Assembly: GCA_963733195.1 (NCBI GenBank)
Contig: CAVTCR010000050.1
Coordinates: 1 to 64,000, forward strand
DNA from: an uncultured delta proteobacterium
GTDB lineage: Bacteria; Desulfobacterota; Binatia; Bin18
DNA length: 64,000 nt
Direction: 5' to 3'
The notes beneath the pieces are model-generated. The model had not been told where the DNA came from. It ran no database searches and saw only the letters and a program-made list of their open reading frames with translations. Within the stretch, counting starts at the first letter, position 1; every line of letters begins with the position of its first letter. Below are positions 41,056-52,551 of the stretch, one piece after another. Made by a program: the position numbers and the translations under genes.

Positions 41056-41994
41056 ATGGATATTTTCATCACTCTTCTAACCAACAGCGACGCACTCCTT
41101 CACTCCACTCTCGTGGCTGCAACTCCGCTGCTGCTGGCCGCCTTAGGAGAGACCGTAGTCCAGCGCGCCGGTGTCATCAACATCGGACTCGAAGGTATTC
41201 TTCTCATCGGCGCCTTTGCTGGGATGACTGCTTGTTATGCTTCTGGTTCACCGGTGCTAGGCGTCTTCGCTGGTGCGCTCAGTGGACTCTTCCTCGCCCT
41301 TCTCTTTGCAGGGCTAACCGTGGGGCTTAGTGCAGATCAGATTGTTGTTGGAGTAAGTCTCAACCTGTTAGCTGCCGGTATTACCGGTCTCCTCTACCGC
41401 GGAATCTTCGGTGTTACGGGTCAGGCCTTACAAGTCACAACCTTTACCCCTGTATCGATTCCCCTTCTGAGCACGATCCCCGTTCTTGGTCCCGCCCTCT
41501 TCCAACATACAGGGCTTGTTTATCTAGCTATCCTCCTCGTCCCCTTGTTCACATTTTTTTTGTTCCAGCTACGTGCAGGGCTACAACTACAAGCCGTCGG
41601 TGAGCATCCCCATGCCGCCGAAACCTTGGGAGTTTCTGTCAGAAAAGTTCGTACTCTTGCCCTCGCAGTAGAAGGCTTCATAGGCGGAATAGCAGGAAGC
41701 TATCTCTCGCTCGCTTATTCCAACACATTTATTGAAGGCATGTCCGCCGGGCGTGGCTTCATCGCCCTCGCTATTGTCATCTTCGGTCGATGGAATCCCA
41801 ACGGGACATTATGGGGGGCGTTATTTTTCGGTGCAGCAACTGCCTTACAGTTTCATCTACAGGCGTTGGGGTCAGCTATACCCTACCAATTTATACTGAT
41901 GCTGCCCTATTTGTTGACGCTCTTGGCCCTCGTGCTCCTGGGAACCCGCACTTCCGCACCCGCAGCACTCGGCCAGCTGTACACACGGGAGTAG
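41056..41994 (+). CDS. ABC transporter permease
   Basis: NIGLEG, GEHPHAA, GRGFIALA, PAALG. Confidence 0.92.
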   Translation: MDIFITLLTNSDALLHSTLVAATPLLLAALGETVVQRAGVINIGLEGILLIGAFAGMTACYASGSPVLGVFAGALSGLFLALLFAGLTVGLSADQIVVGVSLNLLAAGITGLLYRGIFGVTGQALQVTTFTPVSIPLLSTIPVLGPALFQHTGLVYLAILLVPLFTFFLFQLRAGLQLQAVGEHPHAAETLGVSVRKVRTLALAVEGFIGGIAGSYLSLAYSNTFIEGMSAGRGFIALAIVIFGRWNPNGTLWGALFFGAATALQFHLQALGSAIPYQFILMLPYLLTLLALVLLGTRTSAPAALGQLYTRE

Positions 41995-42012
41995 AAAATT
42001 CGTCACTCAGAA

Positions 42013-42043
42013 AATCCACAATCTACAATTTGCAATCTACAAT
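42013..42043. repeat. Short heptamer tandem repeat
   Basis: AATCCAC AATCTAC AATTTGC AATCTAC AAT. Confidence 0.6.
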
Positions 42044-42050
42044 AGGAAAG

Positions 42051-42137
42051 CGGAGGGAGTGGGATTCGAACCCACGAGAGCCTTGCGACCCTACCGATTT
42101 TCAAGACCGGCGCTTTCGACCACTCAGCCATCCCTCC
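42051..42137 (-). tRNA. tRNA-Ser (anticodon TGA), CCA not encoded
   Basis: GGAGGGA acceptor stem, anticodon arm CCGGT-CTTGAAA-ATCGG, long variable arm, GGTTCGAATCC. Confidence 0.95.
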
Positions 42138-42571
42138 CCGTCGTCGGAAGTTATCGTCACTTTCTCATTTGGAAAGGGGGGACGCAAAACCAAGGAGGAG
42201 GTGTTTTCTCTGTAAAATGTCCGATAATTTTTCTTTGGTAAGAATTCTCTCCTCTTCAATTCATCTGCCGCTCCTCTGGATGGTGAGTGTTAAACACCTT
42301 CCCCCTCTCGGCTCTTCCAACTCCTTATAGATAACCTCAGCCCCCATATCCGCTAATTCCCTTCCAGCTACAGGGCCTGCGTAAGTCGTGCATGTTTATC
42401 ACCACACCTTCTGGACCAACTGATGAACTGCTGAATGCGTCTCTCGATAGAATTCTTCATTAGTCATAGACCTTCTCTCCTGCTCACCTCTCATTGCATC
42501 GTGAGAGTTGATTTGCTACCTCTTCTTGCCGGGTGGATCAAGTATTTAGAGTATTTAGCGAGGAGGCTGTT

Positions 42572-43918
42572 ATGTCTCAGTATCGTGTGTGGGCGAAGAA
42601 TGTAGCGTGTCTGATGTTTGTGACCTGCATAATGCTTGCTGGCAGTGCAGACGTGCAAGCTGACGAAACCTGCCAATCTCCATATCTTCCCAAAATTACC
42701 GGAGCGGAAGATTACGTGTATATCTGGACTCTCGGAGATAAAGGGTTGGGAGACGGTTCGGATAAGCTTGTGACTATCGGTGCAAATCCGAAACGACCCG
42801 ATCAGTATGGCAAAGTGATCTCCAGCGTCTCTGTTGGTGGTCAACACGAAGCCCATCATGGCGGGTTTACCGACGACCGTCGCCACTTATGGCTCGGTGG
42901 TCTCGACGATAGCAAAATCTTCGTCTTCGACATTGCTGCCAATCCCGCCAAGCCCAGTATGACAAAAACTATCGACACCTTCGTACAGGACTCTGGTGGG
43001 GTCGTTGGACCGCACACCTTCTATCCGTTGCCAGGCCGGATGCTCATTACCGGTCTCTCCAATGATAAAGATCACGGCGGTAAGACTGGCATGGTCGAAT
43101 ACAGCAATGAAGGCAAGTATATTCAAACCTATTGGATGCCTGCTGGTGCGGAATACGGCTACGATGTTCGCGTTCAGCCTCATCTCAATCGCATGCTGAC
43201 GTCATCCTTCACCGGATGGAACAACTACATGATGGACTTCGGCAAGATGCTTGCCGACCAAGAAGCCATGAAACGTTTTGGCAGCACGATGGTGATCTGG
43301 GACTTCCACGCGCGCAAGCCCATCCAAAACTTCGAAGTCCCGGGCGCACCGCTTGAGGTCCGTTGGGCACTCCAACCACGACATCACTACGCGTTTACTG
43401 CCACTGCGCTTACCTCAAAAATCTGGCTTGTTAATCAGAAAGAGGATGGCACCTTCGAGGCAAAACCAGTGGCTGACATAGGCGATCCCAAGAAAGTTCC
43501 GTTGCCAGTCGACATTAGTCTTTCCGCAGACGATCAGTTTCTCTTCGTGAATACGTTCATGGATGGTTCATGCCGAGTGTACAACGTGGCCGATCCAACC
43601 AAACCGAAGATGATTCACGAACAAAAGATCGGTGCGCAAGTGAACATGGTCTCGCAGTCGTGGGACGGTCAACGCGTGTACTTCACAACCTCACTGCTTG
43701 CGAACTGGGACAAAAAAGGTGAAGCCAACGAACAGTTCCTCAAGGCATACACCTGGGATGGAAAAGCGCTAAAACACACCTTCACCGTTGACTTCAATAA
43801 GGAAAAACTTGGTCGCCCACACATCATGCACTTTGGTCAGGACCAGTTTTACAAGAATCAGATTTACACCGAAAACGAAGTGCGCGACTCACAACGAGTC
43901 GTGGCAACAACTAAGTGA
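42572..43918 (+). CDS. mtoX: Exported selenium-binding protein 56 family protein, methanethiol oxidase
   Basis: AGGAGG RBS; signal peptide, then ADETCQSPY, VWTLG-like, SDKLVTI, EAHHGGFTDDRR, SSFTGW, SLLANWD; followed by SCO and MauG-like genes. Confidence 0.88.
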   Translation: MSQYRVWAKNVACLMFVTCIMLAGSADVQADETCQSPYLPKITGAEDYVYIWTLGDKGLGDGSDKLVTIGANPKRPDQYGKVISSVSVGGQHEAHHGGFTDDRRHLWLGGLDDSKIFVFDIAANPAKPSMTKTIDTFVQDSGGVVGPHTFYPLPGRMLITGLSNDKDHGGKTGMVEYSNEGKYIQTYWMPAGAEYGYDVRVQPHLNRMLTSSFTGWNNYMMDFGKMLADQEAMKRFGSTMVIWDFHARKPIQNFEVPGAPLEVRWALQPRHHYAFTATALTSKIWLVNQKEDGTFEAKPVADIGDPKKVPLPVDISLSADDQFLFVNTFMDGSCRVYNVADPTKPKMIHEQKIGAQVNMVSQSWDGQRVYFTTSLLANWDKKGEANEQFLKAYTWDGKALKHTFTVDFNKEKLGRPHIMHFGQDQFYKNQIYTENEVRDSQRVVATTK

Positions 43919-43924
43919 CAGCTC

Positions 43925-43948
43925 GTAGGGTGGGCAGTGCCCACCCTA
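43925..43948. repeat. GTAG-type REP palindrome
   Basis: GTAGGGTGGGCA-G-TGCCCACCCTA. Confidence 0.65.
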
Positions 43949-43968
43949 TTCTTTCCTGCGAAATCGCT

Positions 43969-44673
43969 ATGACTGCCCTTCCTCGTTTTGTTCTTAGTAT
44001 TGTTCTGCTCTTAGTTTCCTTGTCTTCTTCATCTCCCGCCCAAAACAGCGCCTCTGCTCTCCAGGATGCTTTACAACCGCAATTCACCCCCCCACCTCCA
44101 GGCACCTACGCCTTGCCAACTATCGACACTGTCACCGACCATTCCTTACTCAACACAAAGGGCGAGCGGACCAATCTCTTCGCACTAACACACGACAAAG
44201 TTGCCGTAGTCTCCTTCATGTATACATCGTGTGCAGATGTCGGCGGTTGCCCACTAGCAGCCGCCGTGTTGCATCAACTCGATCATCTACTGAGTCAACG
44301 TCCTGAAACGGCTCGGCATGTGACCCTACTCTCTGTCAGTTTCGATCCAGAACGAGATACCCCTTCGCGTATGGCGGAAACTCGTGCGACTCTACAGCCT
44401 CATAGTGACTGGCATTTTTTGACCAGTGCTACAAAGGCTGACCTCCAACCGGTTTTGACTGACTTCAACCAGCCTATTGCCAAGTTGACAATGGACAACG
44501 GCGAGTGGAGCGGCCTGTTTCGTCATGTGCTGAAGGTGTACTTGCTAGATCAGCATCACAACGTGCGTAACATCTACAGCACCGGGCTCTTCAGCGCCCA
44601 GCTTGTACTGAATGACATTGAAACTATTCTTTTCGAAACCAACAAACGTACCGTCACTAACGAATCACCATGA
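43969..44673 (+). CDS. SCO1/SenC family copper chaperone
   Basis: FMYTSCADVGGCP, SFDPERDT, conserved His in FRHVLKVY. Confidence 0.88.
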   Translation: MTALPRFVLSIVLLLVSLSSSSPAQNSASALQDALQPQFTPPPPGTYALPTIDTVTDHSLLNTKGERTNLFALTHDKVAVVSFMYTSCADVGGCPLAAAVLHQLDHLLSQRPETARHVTLLSVSFDPERDTPSRMAETRATLQPHSDWHFLTSATKADLQPVLTDFNQPIAKLTMDNGEWSGLFRHVLKVYLLDQHHNVRNIYSTGLFSAQLVLNDIETILFETNKRTVTNESP

Positions 44674-45839
44674 GCGTCAATGGCTTCGGACGAAAGTTTA
44701 CTCTAATCCTTCTTTTTAACTTTTGCCTCTTGCCCTCTGGTTTCTGCCTTCCCCCAGCCCCTAACCCCCAGCCCCTAACCCCCAGCCCGGTCCCGCTCGG
44801 CCTGCCTGTTTCATTACCAATTCCAGTAGACAACTCGCTCACTCCAGAAAAGATCGCACTCGGTCGTCAACTCTTCTTCGACCGCCGCCTTTCACCCAAC
44901 GACACGATGTCCTGCGCCATGTGTCATGTCCCAACCCAAGGCTTCACCGTCAACGAAACCCGCTTAGCTGTGGGTATGAACGGACAGTCCACCAAGCGGA
45001 ATCCACCAGCACTGTATAACGTGGCGTACTTGCGAGTGCTGTTTCACGACGGACGAGAATTTACACTCGAAGACCAGGTTATCTCCCCTCTGACGAATCC
45101 GGTCGAAATGGCGAACCCGTCGATGGGCTACGTTGTTAACAAAGTACGAAAGCTACCTGGTTACGAGGAACAATTCCAGAAAACATTTGGTGAGGGCATC
45201 AGCGTTGCGACCATAGGAAAAGCCATTGCCAGCTACGAACGTACACTGCTCTCCGGCAACTCGCCTTTTGACCGCTGGTATTTCGGCAAAGATCAAAACG
45301 CCGTGAGTCAAGAAGTAAAAGCGGGGTTCAAGATCTTCTCAGGAAAAGGGCAATGCATCACTTGTCACACGATAGCCAGAGACGCCGCCCTGTTTACCAA
45401 TCAAAGTTTTCACAATACCGGGGTCGCTCAATTACAACTCATTCCGGAAAAGACTATTGATGTGGATTTGGGTGGCGGCCTCACCGTCAAAATGCCACGC
45501 ACGCAAGTCAACGAAGTACTCACTCCGCCTGAACAAGACCGTGGGCGGTATGAAGTCACGCTCGATCCGACTGATCTCTGGCGCTACAAAACCCCCTCGT
45601 TACGGAATGTCGCACTCACTGCCCCATACATGCACAACGGCGCGTTGCTGACGCTTGAGGAAGTTGTTGATTACTACGACCGTGGTGGCACTGGCAGTGA
45701 AGGGCAAGATCCAAAGATTTCCTCCTTGACCCTCACCCCAGAAGAAAAGCATGCCCTTGTGGCTTTCTTACGCAGTCTCACAGGCGATAATGTCCAAGTA
45801 CTCGCGACAGAAACGTCCCCGCTTGTGCTCTCTCCGTAA
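44670..45839 (+). CDS. Di-heme cytochrome c peroxidase/MauG family protein
   Basis: LGRQLFFD, CAMCH, CITCH, KTPSLRNV..TAPYMHNG. Confidence 0.9.
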   Translation: MSVNGFGRKFTLILLFNFCLLPSGFCLPPAPNPQPLTPSPVPLGLPVSLPIPVDNSLTPEKIALGRQLFFDRRLSPNDTMSCAMCHVPTQGFTVNETRLAVGMNGQSTKRNPPALYNVAYLRVLFHDGREFTLEDQVISPLTNPVEMANPSMGYVVNKVRKLPGYEEQFQKTFGEGISVATIGKAIASYERTLLSGNSPFDRWYFGKDQNAVSQEVKAGFKIFSGKGQCITCHTIARDAALFTNQSFHNTGVAQLQLIPEKTIDVDLGGGLTVKMPRTQVNEVLTPPEQDRGRYEVTLDPTDLWRYKTPSLRNVALTAPYMHNGALLTLEEVVDYYDRGGTGSEGQDPKISSLTLTPEEKHALVAFLRSLTGDNVQVLATETSPLVLSP

Positions 45840-45858
45840 CCAGGAGCAGACTGTATGG

Positions 45859-45886
45859 TTGACAGCATTAGGTAGACCGCTACCCT
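45859..45886 (+). promoter_or_regulatory. Possible sigma-70 promoter for serS
   Basis: TTGACA-N16-TACCCT. Confidence 0.35.
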
Positions 45887-45922
45887 ACTGTCTGACTTTT
45901 TTCTTGAGGAGCAAGCGAACTA

Positions 45923-47218
<1,296 letters not shown>

Positions 47219-47321
47219 GCTTGAGAGCGCGGGCGTCTCGTCGCGCAACAGGCGCTACGTTTTCGCGGGCGTCTCGTAGGTGCTACAGGCCCTCTCCTAC
47301 TCGTTTTGCCTATCGTGTAAC

Positions 47322-48679
47322 CTAAACGGCTGCACCGCCCCTGACCAATACGGCCTCGCTTGCAGGTTGATGCCGTACCCCATGGAGTCTGACACGATCA
47401 GTCAGATTCAGTAGGATCGGCATCATATCGGTTCCATACACACGGCCCAATCCACCAGTGATCACTGCTCGTTCGTGAAATTCCTTCACGTGATCAGAAA
47501 GACACATTGGCTCCTCCAGCAATGAGCAATGGCACAGCTTCTCCTGAATGAATCAGCGGGCCACTACTCGGTGTTGCATGATCACCTGTCACAACCACAA
47601 GCAGATCATCTTTCACTCTCGATTCGTTTAACGATGTCACCAAGGGTGCGATCAATCGCTTCGATCGCATGTTGCTTTCCTAATGGATCTTTCCGATGAG
47701 CTGATACGTCTGGACCTTTTGAATGTAGATGTACGAATTCATATCCTTGTTGGAACAATTCATCAGCAGCATGGAGTTTCGCACTGAAGTCAGCAGCAAT
47801 GTCGGAATGCTGAGGTACAGTCACAGAAGTTATGCCGCAAACACGCGCGATACCAATATAAAGTGGATAATTCTCCACGCTTGCTGCCCGTAGGCCGTTC
47901 TGCTCAAAGAATGGTGTAACATTTGGGCGCACTGATGCCCATTTAGTCAACAAAAAATTTATAGATGCTAGGTTAACTCTTTGTCTTTGCTGGTTAATTG
48001 GATGAGAACGCAGCCGTTCATACACCCACTTCAAGTAATTGTTTAAGGCTGTAGCTGTGCGAGTAGCGTTGGGTTGATCAGGATCTTCTGCTAATGGCAG
48101 TGCCTCCGCGACAAACGCTCCATTATAAAATGGATCAACATCAGATACATAGCGACTTGGATGGCCAGAAAGGGTGAGGATTGCTTCACAATGTCCACAG
48201 GATTGCAATGAAAAATTGATTCCGTGCTCCTCGTATCCGGCAATCACTATGCTCAATTCTTCACAGTCAGCCTCATCACGAGGCTTTTTCTCTTCCCAGA
48301 GAATCGAATCTCGTCGTACCTGTCCATCAACGATCGTCGTCGAGGCAAAACTTGCCAGCATAACGACAGTTTCCGGAGAAACATCGAAACCACGTCCGAT
48401 TGCTTCAAAGGCAGAGCGTCCAGGAAATTTCTCTGGCGAATAACCAAAGAGCAAGAAGTGAGAGAACTCACTTTCCAGCGGAATACCTGGAGACCACGGA
48501 ACAAGTAAACCAGTCGTACCAAGCTCAGCAAGCCGATCTAGATTCGGAGTGTAGGCGGCTTCAAGCGGTGTCTTACCGCCGAGTGCTTTCTGAGGACGGT
48601 CAGCAAGGCCGTCGAGAATCACGAAGAGAATGCGGATTGCAGAATGCGGATTGTGGATTCGTGTCTCTGTATTCGCCAT
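47322..48679 (-). CDS. ApgM-like cofactor-independent phosphoglycerate mutase/metalloenzyme (frameshifted near 47605-47510)
   Basis: ILDGLADRP..KTPLEAA.TPNLD, HSKGPDVSAH; continuation VTGDHATP, HSGEAVP, GGLG. Confidence 0.8.
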
Positions 48680-48701
48680 GAATATGTCTACCGACCGCTG
48701 G

Positions 48702-49260
48702 CTACTGAATACTGACTACTTTCCTCAGCCGTTCCACTGCTCTAATCTCTTGCAGCACTCGGACCACGGCACGTGGCACCAGAATGTCCCATTCCCTTCC
48801 CTCACGTAACCGTTGTCGCACCTCGCTGCCACTCACCTCTTTCGCTACTCCTTCATCAAGCACTTCAACATGCCAGTTGTGTTCTGTAAAAGCGCTGCAA
48901 TTTTTCTTGCCCCCAGGAAGAAAAAATACGCACAAACTGCATAGTCTCCCTTGGACAGTAATACGACCAGCGCTCTGGATGATGAATCGGAAACGGCACG
49001 ATGGCAACGCGAGATAACGGTACTTCAGCTTCGATCAACGTCGATTGAATCATCTGGTGCCGCTCGAAGAACGTAAAGATGTTCGCCTCTGGCAAATGCC
49101 GTACACTATCAGCGACCTCATGCACAATGAGTGATGGGTCGGGGTTGGTAATGCCAATGAAGAGGAAATCGCACCGGGCCAATGCTGTACGAGCATATTC
49201 CCAGTGACCATTATGAAACGGCTGGAACCGCCCGTGAATCATGCCATAGCGATGCAGCAT
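48702..49260 (-). CDS. Cytidylyltransferase-like/NMN adenylyltransferase family protein (frameshift ~48895)
   Basis: HGRFQPFHNGH, GITNPD, FTFFER; continuation SGSEVRQRL...W..LVP. Confidence 0.82.
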
Positions 49261-49334
49261 GCGCGCTTTATAGCAGGATTCCCCCGACTCTTCACACGAC
49301 CACAAACTCGCGTGTTAGGAAAACGATTATCTCA

Positions 49335-50815
49335 CTATTGTTGCGACTGGTCGTTCTGGGTCTGGGCATATGCGTCGGAGGTTTTCACTGCTGCAGGAGC
49401 GGCAGTGTTGGTTGGTGTACCTACCGTCGCTGGAGTTGGTGTCGTTACGGTTGTCACCGGAAGTTCTTTCTCGTTCACCTCAAATACCAACCGTCCAGCA
49501 GCGTCTTGGGCCGTTATGCTTGCCGCAACCTCTGCCGGCAATTGCACCGGGCGCAACTGAGGAAACTTTCCTTCCTCGAGCGAAGGACGCAAGTAGAACA
49601 AATCTGGATGTGGGATCTCCATCTGGCTCTTCACTGACGTATCCAGATACCAATTCCTTCGCATAAAGTCAGGATTGAAAAATACCTCTTTCTCTTCGGC
49701 ACTCCAGTTTCGCAGTCGGTGATTATCCCGCACATTGTAGGTGAGAACGTCAGAAGCGATATGCCAGTAGGTAATCAACATCGGTCCGTATCCGCGTTCA
49801 CCCATACTCGGGTTGAACATTTCGGTCATGCGCACTTCAATAAATGCTAACTTTCCATCCGGCCCATACTGCTCGATCCGCAGCGGATAAAAGGAGTGCT
49901 TTTCTAACCAATAGAGAATGCGCGGTGCGTAGTAGTTCGGCAGCCAATCTTCGCGCGCACGGGCCTCCACGACATAACATTCAACGCCACCATCATTGCG
50001 ATAATGGGAATAGTTTTTGCCCATGATCTTGAGATCACGCGGTAGACGACTTCGCGTAGTGTTCCGTCACCCGTGTTACCAATCACAATCGTTGGGCGTG
50101 TTACCGGAAAACGCACCGTCTGAAAAAGAACGTCCGTACCGATCAACCGCCAAGAATACTCCCAGGCATCACGGCCATTCCCATCATCCGAGGTTTGCGC
50201 TTGATTTGGATAGCGATCTTGGCGACGGTTGGGCGCTTGATGCCGCACTCGCCGGATCGCCGGAGTGTACATGAACGCCTCCTCTTTCTTAGGGAAGGTC
50301 AGGTCAGTGCGATAGCGAATGGTCATGCGCTGCGAGCCTTCAGCGTCTGGCGGGAAGGTATTCTGATTTATATAGCGATAGAGTTCCTCACCCGGCTTGC
50401 GGAGAAATTCCGCCTTCACACCATCCGGTCCAAGATAATTCATGAAGGTAATCGATTTTCCTGGATTCAACAAAACCCCTTGAGGTGTAATTGACCCCCA
50501 CAAGTTGGCAAAGGCACACGACCAACGAGGGCGTTGGGTAAATTCCATTAACCGGTATCCCATCTCTTCAGCTGTATATGGTGCAGTGAAAGGATACGGC
50601 TCAGCTGGAAGGTAGGACACCTGGGAATCGCGTGGAGTCTCAGAGCGCAGATCTACGTTGCGCAGTTCCTCAGGCGATAATTCCTCAACCGTTTTCCAGC
50701 TTCGCTCAGCACCCTGAACGTGTCCATTTGAAACTGGACCCTGTGTCCGTCCAACGTTGGGAACGAACAAGGCCAGGGCAAGCAAAGGAGCAATAACAGT
50801 GATTGGTGCCTTCAT
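49335..50815 (-). CDS. DUF1329/LolA-like exported protein (frameshift ~50030)
   Basis: Signal peptide; YTPAIRRVR, ECYVVEA, YWLEK..FYPLRIEQYGPDGKL. Confidence 0.7.
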
Positions 50816-50934
50816 GGTTTTGGTGCAATCTGCCCCAAACAAGCCCTAGGTGACTTGCCGGTCTCAGTATTGCCCTCATCAGTACTTATAAAGGATGAAC
50901 GCTCATTCAGCAAGAGAGAAAGAGGATCGTTCCC

Positions 50935-51894
50935 TTACGGTGCTAGCAAGCTCAAAGCTTTATGCGTCGCAGCCAAGCGTTCCTCATTTACGGGGCTTAC
51001 GGCAAGAACCGGCATCGCGGCTCCAGCATCATGAAACGCAGCAAGTTGTTCGCGACACATGCTCGGCGGACCAAACACACAGACTTCTTCAACCATTTGA
51101 TCGGAAACCAAAGCGGCTGCCGCGCGTCGATCGCCTTTTTTCCACGCTTCCTGCATAGCGTTGACCTCGTTAACAAACCCACAGCGACGCCATTGCTTAC
51201 GATAAAAAGGCAGTTGCGCAAAAAACGCAAGATTGTATCGCGCCGCAGAACGTGCCTGGTCAATATCTTCAGAGATGAAGGTGGGAATACTGACAATACA
51301 ATCGACAGTCTGCGGATCCTTTCCTACCCTCTGTGCTGCCTCTTTTGCCGCTTTGACTAGGCTAGGTAGATAGGAACGTGCAGGTAAGAACGGCATGATC
51401 CCGTCCGCTACTTCTCCACCAACTTCTGCGGACTCTACCGTCACTGCCCCAACATACACCGGAACAGGATGTATGGATGGCCGTGGGCGAAAGAACGAGC
51501 CAATCTGTTTTCCACTCAGCACATTTTTTACTGTTTGTGCATATGAGCGCATGTATTGGCGCGGTTGGTCCATCGTGATCCCGAGGGACTCAAGCAATGG
51601 TCGATGGCTGATCCCGAATCCCAACAGCAGACGTCCATCGGAAAGCTCATCAATTGTTACGGCCGTCATGGCCGCAAGGAACGGATGGCGGAAGTAAATG
51701 TTGGCGATGTTCGTACCAACCTGGATACGTGACGTCCCAAGAGCGATAGCTTCTGTACAGGCAAGCGCGTCTCCTCTTCCTTCATTAACGAGGATCGCAG
51801 CATAGCCTTTATCTTCAGCGAGTTTCCCCAACTCTACAAATTCCTTCGGTGGCGCTTCAGTGGCGGTCGAAAGTACGACTCCCAAACGCTTCAT
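50935..51894 (-). CDS. LLM class flavin/F420-dependent oxidoreductase
   Basis: TSRIQVGTNI, TIDELSDGRLLLGFG, PVYVGA, ADG. Confidence 0.9.
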   Translation of the reverse strand: MKRLGVVLSTATEAPPKEFVELGKLAEDKGYAAILVNEGRGDALACTEAIALGTSRIQVGTNIANIYFRHPFLAAMTAVTIDELSDGRLLLGFGISHRPLLESLGITMDQPRQYMRSYAQTVKNVLSGKQIGSFFRPRPSIHPVPVYVGAVTVESAEVGGEVADGIMPFLPARSYLPSLVKAAKEAAQRVGKDPQTVDCIVSIPTFISEDIDQARSAARYNLAFFAQLPFYRKQWRRCGFVNEVNAMQEAWKKGDRRAAAALVSDQMVEEVCVFGPPSMCREQLAAFHDAGAAMPVLAVSPVNEERLAATHKALSLLAP

Positions 51895-51939
51895 AGTCCC
51901 TCCCTGTCGTTCGGCCCTCAGCCGTTTCCTCTTGATCGA

Positions 51940-52269
51940 TTACTTGGTCTCAGTGCTCTCGCTGGTCGTGGGCGCCGAGCTAGTCGCTGGCGTGGTAGAC
52001 TGCGGTGTTTCTCCCGGCTTCAATACTTGTTTCTGTAGCTTCACCAAGTGTGCTCGTCCGTACGCGGTGTCGAACACTCCAGCATCCTCTCCAGCAATGG
52101 TAAACTGGTAACGTCCTGGTTGCGGACGAAGCGCAAGATACAACAAAAGGGCTAATAAGAAAAACATCTGCCACGTTAGCAGTCGGAGAAATCGTTCGAC
52201 TTGCTTTATGTGCGGGACCAGATCAACACCCGCTACCGGAAGCTCGGGACGGCCCTCTTTTGTTGGCAT
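51940..52269 (-). CDS. Small single-TM hypothetical protein
   Basis: GAGG RBS; TM helix, then GRYQF..FDTAYG. Confidence 0.6.
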   Translation of the reverse strand: MPTKEGRPELPVAGVDLVPHIKQVERFLRLLTWQMFFLLALLLYLALRPQPGRYQFTIAGEDAGVFDTAYGRAHLVKLQKQVLKPGETPQSTTPATSSAPTTSESTETK

Positions 52270-52551
52270 ATTTACCTCTTTGTAATCGTCTCGGCATTCG
52301 GCGTAGCTCCACGAACAATATGAAAATTTGCACTGCGCCGTTCATCTGGACTACAATCTCTTTAGAGCGTACTGCGTCAAATCGAGAAAAGATCTTTAAC
52401 AGAGCGCGGCTTATTGCCCAAGCCTGGGTATAGGTTTTCTTGCAAGAATTCTCAACTCAAGCAGAAGCCCGTTAGTAGCATCGTATTGTTTTTTTGTTCG
52501 TTCTGTGGTCTGTATGGAAACATCAATTACTAATTGCCTAGCGTGATACAT

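Noticed and set aside
42051-42137. Selenocysteine tRNA next to a selenium-binding protein gene
   Set aside because: The anticodon is TGA (Ser, reads UCA), not TCA; normal 7-bp acceptor stem
41995-42570. Integrative element at tRNA-Ser
   Set aside because: No integrase and no duplicated tRNA 3' end seen in the window
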